In this document: piece after piece, positions 38,890 through 47,307 of the stretch
Layout: every line of letters starts with the position of its first letter
Numbering within the stretch: position 1 is the first letter of the stretch
DNA from: Deltaproteobacteria bacterium
GTDB taxonomy: Bacteria > Desulfobacterota > Dissulfuribacteria > Dissulfuribacterales > QOAL01
Assembly: GCA_026986785.1 (NCBI GenBank)
Contig: JALSNW010000024.1
Location: 30,223 to 94,222, forward strand
Length of the DNA: 64,000 nt
Reading direction: 5' to 3'
Notes under the pieces: generated by a model
The model's input: only the letters and a program-made list of their open reading frames with translations
The model's database searches: none
Told to the model about the DNA's origin: nothing
Program-made: the position numbers and the translations under genes

Positions 38890-41000
38890 AGTTCTACCCT
38901 CCTTCTTGGGTTTCTGGGGCTGCGGCGCACAGTTACAAATTTCTCACACAGACAGAGACCGCCACCAGCAGGATCCATCATCTCAAGAAGACCTTCCTGG
39001 AGTTTCTGATCGCTCATCCCAGCATGATAGGCCCTGCTTTGCAGTGGCACCTGGCGGCCAAACCCATGTACCGTGTACACTGCCTCTGGATGGATAAAAT
39101 CTGTGACATGGGCCCTGATGGTACCCTTTTGGGAATCTGCAATAACATCTACCCAGTCACCTTCTTTTACACCCATGCGTGCAGCCACCCTGGAGTTGAT
39201 CCAGAGGGTATTTTCTGGCATGAGCTCATTGAGAAGTGGATTGTTGATGGTGTGACCATGGGCATGTACTGGACTCCTACCGAAGATGAGTCTGAAGCGT
39301 CCCTTGGGAGGCTTTTGTGGGCTCTCGTAAGGCTTGAAGGATGGTAGGCCATTTTCCTCCAGCATTTGGCTGACGAATTCTATCTTTCCAGATGGGGTCT
39401 TGAATTTTCCGTCCAGATTGTCCCGATCATACATTATCGGCGTATCCGTTAGGGCAACGAAACCCTTTTCCCTCAGGTCGTCTATCTTGTAGCCAGTGGG
39501 CTCAAGCTGGAACTCCCACATCTCCTCAGCGGTCGTCCATGGAAAATATTCGCCAATGCCCAGTCTGTCTGCCAACATCTTGAATATCTCCCAGGAGGGC
39601 TTTGTATCAAAACGTGGCTCCACAGCCCTGTCTCTGAATGCGAATCTGGGCTTTGGCCCTTTCTGGGTACAAACCGGTGTCTCCCTCTCAAGATACATCG
39701 ACTCAGGCAAGATGACGTCTGAATACCAACCGAATTCGCTGTAGTGGGTATCTATGGAGACGAGAAGATCACATTTGTCAAAGGCCTCTTTCTGTGCAGT
39801 CACGTCTGGGAAACAATTGAAAGGATCATGCCTGTAACAGATGACACCCTTTATTGGATATGGTTCTTCGGTGAGCATGGCATCATAAAAGAGATGGAAA
39901 AGTCCTGGACCTTTGTCGAAATGTTTGTATTTCCACCCCACACCATCTGCCCTCTTGTCCTCTGGCTTGGGGACCATGGAGCTGAAGGTACGCAGGCCCT
40001 TAACACCACAGTCGGCTGGTGTCTTGGGGAACTGCTGACCACCTTCCACCTCTACGCTGCCCATGAGCACGTTAAGGATGTGGAGCATACGGCTGGCATA
40101 GAAGGAATCTCTATATCTGGAAAGCATCCAGCCAGGATGGAAGATGACCTTTGGCCTCTGCTGTCCGATTTCAGAGACAAAGTCCTTGAGTTTCTTGACC
40201 TTTATTCCACACTCCTTGGCTGCCCACTCTGCAGTGTATTGCTCCACAAACTCCGCCATCTTGTCGAAGCCTGTGGTATATTTTTCGATGAATTCCTTGT
40301 CGTATGCCTCCTGCTTGATGACCTCGTTGATCATACCGAGGGCAAGGGCATAGTCTGTACCAGGCCTTACCTGGAAAAAGCGTGTTGCCTTGATACCGGT
40401 AAGGGTCTGGCGCACATCCACATAGGTAAAGCTTCCACCAGCATCTAACATGTCCATTATCTGGTTCACTTCTGCTATTCGCAGGGAAGCCATGAGATTA
40501 CGGCCAAAACTTATAAGGTGCTTCGCATTCTTTATATCATATATGAAGCCCTTTCTGCCCAAACCATAGACAGACTTACTGGCATGATGAACATTCCTAC
40601 CACAGCCACTGTCGTGGTTGGTAAAATTTGGTGATCCAAAGGCGTGGATAAAGCTTTTCCACAGGTCTTGCCATGGCCCTCCCCTACAACTGAGCATAAC
40701 CGCCTTGGCACCGTATTTCTCCTTGATCTTGTTCATCTTCTCTGCCACATAATCAAGGGCAGTATACCAACTGACAGGCTCCCATTTGCCAGCACCCCTT
40801 CCCCCTGCACGAATAAGTGGCTGCTGAGGCCTTTCGTGGTCTCTTTGAAGGGCTATCCCAGCAGAGCCTTTGGCGCAGAGTGCTCCTTTGAGGATGTGTG
40901 GATTTCCTTCTATCCACTTGACTTTCCCGTCCTCTACCTCTACCTTGATAGGGCATCTTACGGAACACATACTGCACATGCTCCAGACTGTCTTTCTCAT
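38886..41000 (-). CDS. Molybdopterin (MopB-superfamily) oxidoreductase catalytic subunit, cytoplasmic, substrate unknown
   Basis: N-terminal CSMCSVRC...C FeS motif and MopB-like length. No twin-arginine signal. The ATG at 41000 is preceded by GGAGG. Confidence 0.8.
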   Translation of the reverse strand: MRKTVWSMCSMCSVRCPIKVEVEDGKVKWIEGNPHILKGALCAKGSAGIALQRDHERPQQPLIRAGGRGAGKWEPVSWYTALDYVAEKMNKIKEKYGAKAVMLSCRGGPWQDLWKSFIHAFGSPNFTNHDSGCGRNVHHASKSVYGLGRKGFIYDIKNAKHLISFGRNLMASLRIAEVNQIMDMLDAGGSFTYVDVRQTLTGIKATRFFQVRPGTDYALALGMINEVIKQEAYDKEFIEKYTTGFDKMAEFVEQYTAEWAAKECGIKVKKLKDFVSEIGQQRPKVIFHPGWMLSRYRDSFYASRMLHILNVLMGSVEVEGGQQFPKTPADCGVKGLRTFSSMVPKPEDKRADGVGWKYKHFDKGPGLFHLFYDAMLTEEPYPIKGVICYRHDPFNCFPDVTAQKEAFDKCDLLVSIDTHYSEFGWYSDVILPESMYLERETPVCTQKGPKPRFAFRDRAVEPRFDTKPSWEIFKMLADRLGIGEYFPWTTAEEMWEFQLEPTGYKIDDLREKGFVALTDTPIMYDRDNLDGKFKTPSGKIEFVSQMLEENGLPSFKPYESPQKPPKGRFRLIFGRSPVHAHGHTINNPLLNELMPENTLWINSRVAARMGVKEGDWVDVIADSQKGTIRAHVTDFIHPEAVYTVHGFGRQVPLQSRAYHAGMSDQKLQEGLLEMMDPAGGGLCLCEKFVTVRRSPRNPRRRVEL

Positions 41001-41071
41001 AAACGCCTCCCTTTCTTGTTGATACTGCTGAAACAATAAACAGGTCCGATTTATATAATTTTAACTGATAG

Positions 41072-41100
41072 ATTATTGTATCATTTCCAATTTAAGTCAA
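41072..41100 (-). promoter_or_regulatory. Sigma-70 promoter candidate TTGACT-N17-AATAAT
   Basis: Read on the minus strand, about 75 nt upstream of the oxidoreductase start. Confidence 0.4.
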
Positions 41101-41226
41101 GACAAAACAAAAGAAAAATAGCTTGTTCTCATTTTCACAACTCATATATTCAATATCTTAAGTTTATACTTTCACAAATAAAATCCACATTTCTAACCAC
41201 ATTCTCTAAGCAGCCCAAATATTCAC

Positions 41227-41395
41227 ATATAGCCATCTATCACCTAACCCTTTGAAAATCCGAAGTTAACCAATGTTTGTAGGCATGATGTCCCTCAAGT
41301 ACTACATTGAGATCATCAACAGCTGCCTTTAACCTGGACTATGTACTTCAAATGCCTGGGGAAGGCTCGTCTATAAAAAATATCGAGAGGTTATC
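41227..41395. repeat. Copy C of the diverged repeat family
   Basis: ATGTACTTCAAATGCCTGGGGAAGG...TATAAAAAATATCG at 41341.. aligns with copies A and B. Patchy similarity to B continues about 110 bp to the left. Confidence 0.5.
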
Positions 41396-41573
41396 GTGTA
41401 AGTCGTCCCATCATTATCTGCAAATAGAAGGTGCAAGTGCATGGAGGAGGGATCTTCACACATCTGAACACGAGTCATGCAGCCCACAAGCTTTCCGAAG
41501 AGGATAGCCCACAAAAATGGTTTAGATCCTGTATACCTGCCATATCATATATAGTATTTGTCTATCTTTGGCA

Positions 41574-41587
41574 CTCAATATATTGAG
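41574..41587. promoter_or_regulatory. Perfect 14-bp palindrome CTCAATATATTGAG (possible UAS)
   Basis: Centred about 100 bp upstream of the -24 element at 41679. Confidence 0.4.
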
Positions 41588-41678
41588 GTAAAATTCAGTA
41601 AAATAGGATCTACTGCATACTCTCTAATATCTATTTTGTGATATGGCTATTACAGTGTAAGGATACACTTGGCCAAGT

Positions 41679-41694
41679 TGGCACCACTTTTGCT
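41679..41694 (+). promoter_or_regulatory. Sigma-54 (-24/-12) promoter candidate, consensus-perfect
   Basis: TGGCACcacttTTGCT is an exact match to TGGCAC-N5-TTGCW. It points towards the L,D-transpeptidase genes about 400 bp downstream. Confidence 0.55.
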
Positions 41695-41736
41695 TATTTT
41701 TTGGATTGTATAGCTCTAAAGCTTGGCGAAGAGATG

Positions 41737-41904
41737 AACCCGGATCATGCACCTCAAATGCCTGAGTAAAGATTTTTATAAAAAGTCGGACACTTGAAGC
41801 TGCAAGGGGCTTGCAAGTGTATCGCATCCGCTTTGTTGTCGGGTAGTTGAACATGCCCTCCGCTGCACATCGTCGGCAAACTTGGGCGTTGCATAATCCG
41901 GGAT
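41737..41904. repeat. Copy B of the repeat family, bounded by a 15-bp imperfect inverted repeat
   Basis: AACCCGGATCATGCA (41737-51) and TGCATAATCCGGGAT (41890-904) are reverse complements at 13/15 positions. There is an internal hairpin, CACTT..GCAAG-ggg-CTTGC-AAGTG. Confidence 0.6.
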
Positions 41905-42003
41905 AAAAGGAACTGCTTTTCCCAAGCAATTAAGGTTGCATAATAATGGAATGAAAACGCCATTAGCAGGGTCACCCACATTCCTCGTGAGGCAAGTAAC
42001 TAT

Positions 42004-42029
42004 CTGTAGAATCTGGCTGTAGAATCTGG
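42004..42029. repeat. 13-bp perfect tandem repeat CTGTAGAATCTGG, two copies
   Basis: Copies at 42004-42016 and 42017-42029. A partial inverted copy, TACAGATT, lies at about 42040-42047. The repeat is 65-90 bp upstream of the GTG start at 42093. Confidence 0.8.
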
Positions 42030-42092
42030 GTTGAAATTTTACAGATTATTATTAACATCATTGTCTGATTCTATAAGGAGGGTTAGGAAGAG

Positions 42093-42875
42093 GTGCAAAA
42101 AATACTGTGGTTGCCATTTGTAAACTATTTCTTATCCATTTCCATCATTATATGTATATGTCTCTCTCTGCCTGCTGATGCTTCCATATATTCCCATCCC
42201 TTAAAGGATAAGAGGTGTCAAAATTTCACCAGACAAAAATTCTATAGATATGCCCTCAAGGTCTACCACGAAACAGGCCTTGATAAATACACAGATATAG
42301 AGACCTTAGAGACCTGTCTCATAGGCTATCTCAATCTCAAGAGAAGGGAAATTATCAAGAAAGATGCACTGCTTGTATTCATCGATTACAGAAAACCATC
42401 TACAGTAAAACGTTTCTTTGTGGTGGACCTGAAGAGGAGGAAACTTTTATATAAGTGCCTGGTTGCACATGGCAAAAATTCGGGTGAACGCTTTGCCTGT
42501 AGTTTTTCCAACCGTCCTGGTTCGTATAAGAGCTGCCTCGGATTTTTCGTGACAGGCCAACCCTACTCTAACAAACACGGTTACTCTCTGAATATAAAAG
42601 GTGTGGAACCAGGCATAAACGATCAGGCTGAGCGGCGCCGCATAGTCATCCACGGTGCAGACTATGTCTCAAGACAGTTTATAAAAAAATATGGGAGACT
42701 TGGACGTAGCCTTGGTTGCCCGGCCCTTTCCAAGAGCATAGCCAAGCCAGTCATCGACACCATAAAGAATGGGAGCTGTCTGTTCATCTTCGGGAACGAC
42801 AAGACCTATCTGTCAAGGTCAAAGGTAGTGGACGCAAGGACTGCGATTGCATATTTCAATCATGCTGGTATCTAA
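42093..42875 (+). CDS. L,D-transpeptidase catalytic-domain protein (YkuD_2-like)
   Basis: Signal/TM segment, then CLVAHGKNSG...IVIHGADYV...GRSLGCPAL (H...S-x-G-C active-site pattern). Confidence 0.75.
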   Translation: MQKILWLPFVNYFLSISIIICICLSLPADASIYSHPLKDKRCQNFTRQKFYRYALKVYHETGLDKYTDIETLETCLIGYLNLKRREIIKKDALLVFIDYRKPSTVKRFFVVDLKRRKLLYKCLVAHGKNSGERFACSFSNRPGSYKSCLGFFVTGQPYSNKHGYSLNIKGVEPGINDQAERRRIVIHGADYVSRQFIKKYGRLGRSLGCPALSKSIAKPVIDTIKNGSCLFIFGNDKTYLSRSKVVDARTAIAYFNHAGI

Positions 42876-44562
42876 ACAGGCACAAGTCTGCATACATCTC
42901 ACTGCCTTTGTACTGGTCTTCTTTTCTACCTCGGTCACCCCACCTGGCCTCGATGCCCAAGAGACAGGGGATCCTGTGGCCCAACACATTTTCAAGAGAT
43001 GTGAATACCTCGAACAGTTCAGCCACATACCCGTTTGTTCCACCTGTGTGGCCTCTCACAAGACCATCCCTGCCTTTTATAGAAATAGGAATTACAAGCC
43101 TGCATGGACAGACACATCTACCATCAAGCAGATGTTCGAGGCCATAGAGACCTCAAAAGACGATGGATTGATGCCACAGGACTACCATTATAGAGAGCTT
43201 GCTTCACTCAAGAAGAGCCTGGACTCTGGCAGCACAGATCCAGTGACCCAGGCGGACTTTGACATGCTCTTGACAGATGCGCTTCTGAGATTGAGTTACC
43301 ACCTCTACTATGGCAAAGTCAATCCAGAAAGCCTTGATCCCGATTGGAATTTCAAGAGGAGTATCCGTAAAACCAAGCCAGAAGTCTACATCCAAGAGGT
43401 GATAGATTCAGGCAATATCGAAGGGGCGCTCGCAAGATTGCGACCCCATTACCCCTACTATTCCATCCTAAAAAAAGAGCTTGCCCGGTACAGAACCCTG
43501 GCCATACATCCCTGGCCTACAATCCCATCGGGTAGAATACTCAAGAAAGGGATGACAGATCCCAGGATACCAATCTTGTTACAGCGCCTCAGGATTGAGG
43601 GATACCAGGTGGAGGACACAGTAAACACGACGAGGTTGTTTGACCAAGGACTCGAAAGGGCAGTTAAAGGGTTTCAAAAGCATCATGGGCTCGAGACAGA
43701 TGGTGTCATAGGCAAAAATACCATTAGGGAACTGAATATACCTCCAAAAAAAAGGGTAGACACCATCAGGGTCAACCTCGAAAGGGCCAGATGGATACTC
43801 CGTGATCTGGAGCCAGAATTCTTGATAGTCAACATAGCTGGATTTGAACTATATTTTGTAAAGAATGGGAAGAGACAGTGGCACTGTAAGGTCATGGTGG
43901 GAAAACCTTTTTGGAAAACACCATGTTTCAGGGCCACAGTAGAATATATTGTTGTAAATCCCTACTGGGTCGTGCCTCCTGGCATCCTTGCCAAGGAGAT
44001 TATCCCCAAGATAAAGAAAGATCCCTACTATATCTCCAGAGAAAACCTTGAGATCGTGGACAGTAAAGGCAGACTCATCAATCCCAGATCCATCAACTGG
44101 TCCAGGATAAATCCCAACAGGTTTCCCTTTATCATAAGACAAAAGCCTGGGCCCAAGAATGCCCTGGGCAGGATAAAATTCATCTTCCCCAACAGACATT
44201 TCGTTTTCCTGCATGACACACCTGCCAAGAGCCTTTTTTCCAGGCCTGTACGGGCCTTCAGCCACGGATGCATCAGGGTGGAAAAGCCCCTGGAACTGGC
44301 AGGAATACTTTTGCAGGATTCAAAGAAATGGAACAAAGAAAAAATCGAGGAACTCATTACCACGGGAGAGACAAGGACCATCCACCTTGGCCACCCCATG
44401 CCTATTCTGATACTTTACTGGACCGTAACCTTGGCACCTGACGACAACAGACCTGTATTCCTCAAGGATATCTATGGAAGAGACAACAAGATACTCATCG
44501 GCCTGAACACTCCCTTGAGGATCGCAAATATCGTATTTCCGTGGAAGCAGGCCCAGAGATGA
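42847..44562 (+). CDS. YcbB-type murein L,D-transpeptidase with peptidoglycan-binding domain
   Basis: PG-binding motif AVKGFQKHHGLETDGVIGKNT and YkuD motif FLHDTP...FSHGCIRV. It overlaps the upstream gene. Confidence 0.85.
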   Translation: MHISIMLVSKQAQVCIHLTAFVLVFFSTSVTPPGLDAQETGDPVAQHIFKRCEYLEQFSHIPVCSTCVASHKTIPAFYRNRNYKPAWTDTSTIKQMFEAIETSKDDGLMPQDYHYRELASLKKSLDSGSTDPVTQADFDMLLTDALLRLSYHLYYGKVNPESLDPDWNFKRSIRKTKPEVYIQEVIDSGNIEGALARLRPHYPYYSILKKELARYRTLAIHPWPTIPSGRILKKGMTDPRIPILLQRLRIEGYQVEDTVNTTRLFDQGLERAVKGFQKHHGLETDGVIGKNTIRELNIPPKKRVDTIRVNLERARWILRDLEPEFLIVNIAGFELYFVKNGKRQWHCKVMVGKPFWKTPCFRATVEYIVVNPYWVVPPGILAKEIIPKIKKDPYYISRENLEIVDSKGRLINPRSINWSRINPNRFPFIIRQKPGPKNALGRIKFIFPNRHFVFLHDTPAKSLFSRPVRAFSHGCIRVEKPLELAGILLQDSKKWNKEKIEELITTGETRTIHLGHPMPILILYWTVTLAPDDNRPVFLKDIYGRDNKILIGLNTPLRIANIVFPWKQAQR

Positions 44563-44569
44563 CCAAGGC

Positions 44570-45289
44570 TTAAAACAACCAGCGCCAACTCCTTCCTGCC
44601 ATATATAGATCCTTGAGGGTCTTGATCCCGCCTCTGTTCAGTTTTCTCACCAGAAAGAGGAACAGATACGCTGTTTGTATGGCATCCTGGAGGGCATCGT
44701 GCTGGTCCATCTGTGGAAGGTTGTATTCCTTGGCAAGGTCGGACAGGTTGAAGGAGATGTTGTAGTTGAACTGGTCATAATAGTTACCCCACTGTTCCTC
44801 CCTGAACACCTGTGCAAGCCTCAAGGTATCGATACAAGGATTGGCAATGGTGCCGCCAAGGAGCTTCCTGGTTGCCTTGTTAATAAAGGCCATATCAAGA
44901 TCAATGTAATGACCCACTATCAGGCTGCCATTACAAAATCTCACAAAATCTTCCAAGACCGCCTCGAGAGATGGGGCATTTTTTATTTGCTCAGGGGTGA
45001 TCCTATGGATAAGGGTACTATCCTTTGGTAACTCCCCTGAGGGTTTTACAAAAACATAAAAATTCTGGGATAGCATTATCCTAAGGCCTTTTATCCTCAC
45101 TGCCCCTATGGAGACGATTTCGTCCTTTCTGGAATTAAGTCCTGTAAGTTCCGTGTCGAATACTATGAAATCGTATTCTTTGAGGGTTTTGTTCTGATCG
45201 AAATTGCTAAAATAGGCGTGATTCTCCTGGATGACAGGATGCTCCTTTCTCCAGAGACGGGCTACCTTGTCAATCAATAACACGGACAA
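44570..45289 (-). CDS. DEDDh 3'-5' exonuclease (DnaQ/epsilon-like)
   Basis: Exo I FDTELTGL, Exo II GHYIDLDMAF and Exo III HDALQDA. Confidence 0.85.
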   Translation of the reverse strand: MSVLLIDKVARLWRKEHPVIQENHAYFSNFDQNKTLKEYDFIVFDTELTGLNSRKDEIVSIGAVRIKGLRIMLSQNFYVFVKPSGELPKDSTLIHRITPEQIKNAPSLEAVLEDFVRFCNGSLIVGHYIDLDMAFINKATRKLLGGTIANPCIDTLRLAQVFREEQWGNYYDQFNYNISFNLSDLAKEYNLPQMDQHDALQDAIQTAYLFLFLVRKLNRGGIKTLKDLYMAGRSWRWLF

Positions 45290-45295
45290 ACCTGT

Positions 45296-47227
45296 TCAGA
45301 TCATGGGGAATACATCTCTTATGATGGCCTGAAGCCGCCCAATTACCGCAAAGGCCTCCTTGAGTGTCTGTTTTTCCAGATCTGACAGCTCCCTCGGATC
45401 GATATAATTGTCCGGTTGTTTGCCTGCCTCCATCATCTGGAGCTGGTGCACGAAACGAAGCTGCATCTGAAACTCATATGCCTCTACAGTCTCAATATAC
45501 AGCTCCTTTGAGATATGTTCACCTTCATAGAGAAGCTCTAGCCTGCCAAGGGTATTGGTCTCCTTTATTCCATATTTCAAGGACATAAGCCTTGCAAAAT
45601 CCACAAAGGGCACCAATCCCCTCGTCTTGATATCGAGTCTGTTTTTATGTTCCCCATCCTTCTCCACTATGAAATTCTTGAAAAAGGTAAGAGGGGGTTT
45701 ACTCTCCAGGCAATCCTTGGCCAGATGGAGCAGGAATATCTCCTGCCTTTGGGTCATCTTGTTCAGGTGCTCCCTTAATTGATAACCCATATTCAACTCA
45801 CCATAGCCAGGCCTGAAATCGAAAAAAATAGTGGCATGAAGTACCTGCTTTGGTTCTGGTCTCAATATCCAATCATCAAAATAGTTCTGCCATACCGAAT
45901 AGGGCTGACACCACTTTGGATTGGATGCCATTATATCCCCAGGACATCTTGGATACCCACATTTCACCAGGTGTTCAATGGCCTCTTGCCCAAATGTCCT
46001 AAAATATTCTTCTGCTTGCCGCCTTTGAGATTCCCCCTTTGGGTCTTGATACATTAGGGCATTGTCTTGATCAGTGCGAAATGTCTGTTCTTTTCTACCC
46101 TCACTGCCCATGAGAAGCCAACAAAATGGCACTGGAGGAGGGCCCAGGTTCTCTTGCATCAAGGTGAGAAGCCTGTCCAAGATATGATCGTTCAAGATAG
46201 TTATCATCCTGGTGATATTATTGGGTTTTGCCCCTTCCTCAATAAGAGTCCTCACTATCAAGGGCACCTTCTGGGACAAGGAGTAAAGGCCTTCGATCTT
46301 CCTCTGGCTCACTATCTCCCTGAAGAGATAGAGAGGAGAACTGCCTTGGAGGACCATGATGTCATGGGATGTTATAACCCCTACTATCCGGCCTTGGCGC
46401 TCAACAGCCAAATGGTGTATCTTCTTGCTCATCATCACGAGCAAGGCATCGAAACACACCTTGTGGGCGTCGATCTTTTCCACAGGACTGACCATGATAT
46501 TGGCCACTGGCTCAGTTATGGACCTGCCCTGAGCCACGACTTTTGTCCTGAGGTCCTTATCGGTTACGATCCCTACGATTTCTCCCTCTTCGTCCGTCAC
46601 GAGCAGTGAACCAATATGGTGCTCGGCCATCTTTGCTGCTGCACTCTGAAGGGTTGCAGAGGCAGGAATGGTCTGGAGTTTTCTCTTGATGAGATCCCCT
46701 ACCTGGACACTGAAAAGGTACAAAGTGCCTTCTGTCCTGGGGGCAACCCTATGCTGCCTGAGCTCGGCATAGGCAGTACGAAGAAACTTTTCGGAAAAAC
46801 TTTTAAGATAATATTGGGCAAACCGTGGATTGGACTGGATGAGGTTGAGAAATATCTCCTTTTTCATGAGGAAACAAAAGGTATCCTCTACAGTCTCAAC
46901 ATTCAGGTTTGCCCTGGTGCCCTGAATAATGGGAAGGGCACCAATATAGGAACCCTCTCCCCGGAAGTCCTTGAGGGTGATCAAGCCGTCTTCATCCTTC
47001 AAGTATATCTTCACCCCACCCTTTTGGATTATATAGAGGTACTCAACCTCTGTCTCATCCTGCCGGAAGATGGTGGTGCCCTTTGGGAAAAAATCAACAG
47101 TGCATTCTGCCGCTATCCTTTCAAGGATCTCATCATCCAGTTCGTTAAAGGGTAATGTCTTTTTCAAGAATTCTATCACCACCTCAGGTGTGACAGAATG
47201 GACATCTTTCTTGTCTTGCTGGCGCAT
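45296..47227 (-). CDS. cNMP-binding + CBS pair + DUF294 nucleotidyltransferase signalling protein
   Basis: cNMP-binding-like N-terminus (FPKGTTIFRQDE..LYIIQKGGV), two CBS-like segments, and the NTase motif GSEGRKEQTFRTDQDNAL followed by a DUF294_C-like region. Confidence 0.8.
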   Translation of the reverse strand: MRQQDKKDVHSVTPEVVIEFLKKTLPFNELDDEILERIAAECTVDFFPKGTTIFRQDETEVEYLYIIQKGGVKIYLKDEDGLITLKDFRGEGSYIGALPIIQGTRANLNVETVEDTFCFLMKKEIFLNLIQSNPRFAQYYLKSFSEKFLRTAYAELRQHRVAPRTEGTLYLFSVQVGDLIKRKLQTIPASATLQSAAAKMAEHHIGSLLVTDEEGEIVGIVTDKDLRTKVVAQGRSITEPVANIMVSPVEKIDAHKVCFDALLVMMSKKIHHLAVERQGRIVGVITSHDIMVLQGSSPLYLFREIVSQRKIEGLYSLSQKVPLIVRTLIEEGAKPNNITRMITILNDHILDRLLTLMQENLGPPPVPFCWLLMGSEGRKEQTFRTDQDNALMYQDPKGESQRRQAEEYFRTFGQEAIEHLVKCGYPRCPGDIMASNPKWCQPYSVWQNYFDDWILRPEPKQVLHATIFFDFRPGYGELNMGYQLREHLNKMTQRQEIFLLHLAKDCLESKPPLTFFKNFIVEKDGEHKNRLDIKTRGLVPFVDFARLMSLKYGIKETNTLGRLELLYEGEHISKELYIETVEAYEFQMQLRFVHQLQMMEAGKQPDNYIDPRELSDLEKQTLKEAFAVIGRLQAIIRDVFPMI

Positions 47228-47241
47228 GGATTGACCTCAAA

Positions 47242-47262
47242 GGCCCTGGAAAATCCAGGGCC
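47242..47262 (-). terminator. GC-rich hairpin between acs and the DUF294 gene (terminator/attenuator candidate)
   Basis: GGCCCTGGA-ttt-TCCAGGGCC forms a 9-bp perfect stem. On the minus strand it is followed only by TTTG. Confidence 0.4.
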
Positions 47263-47307
47263 TGTTAATCTTTTCAAAAGAGCCTACACTAAACTTGAAA
47301 GGATACC

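Noticed and set aside
41001-41300. A possible Moco riboswitch in the leader of the molybdopterin oxidoreductase.
   Set aside because: The leader is AT-rich and I could not see the conserved GC-rich Moco-motif elements.
41307-41981. ORFs 41307..41507(+), 41624..41929(-), 41754..41981(-) and 41776..41979(-) as real genes.
   Set aside because: They overlap each other in three frames, lie in repeat copies B and C, and lack ribosome-binding sites. They look like decayed coding debris or chance ORFs.
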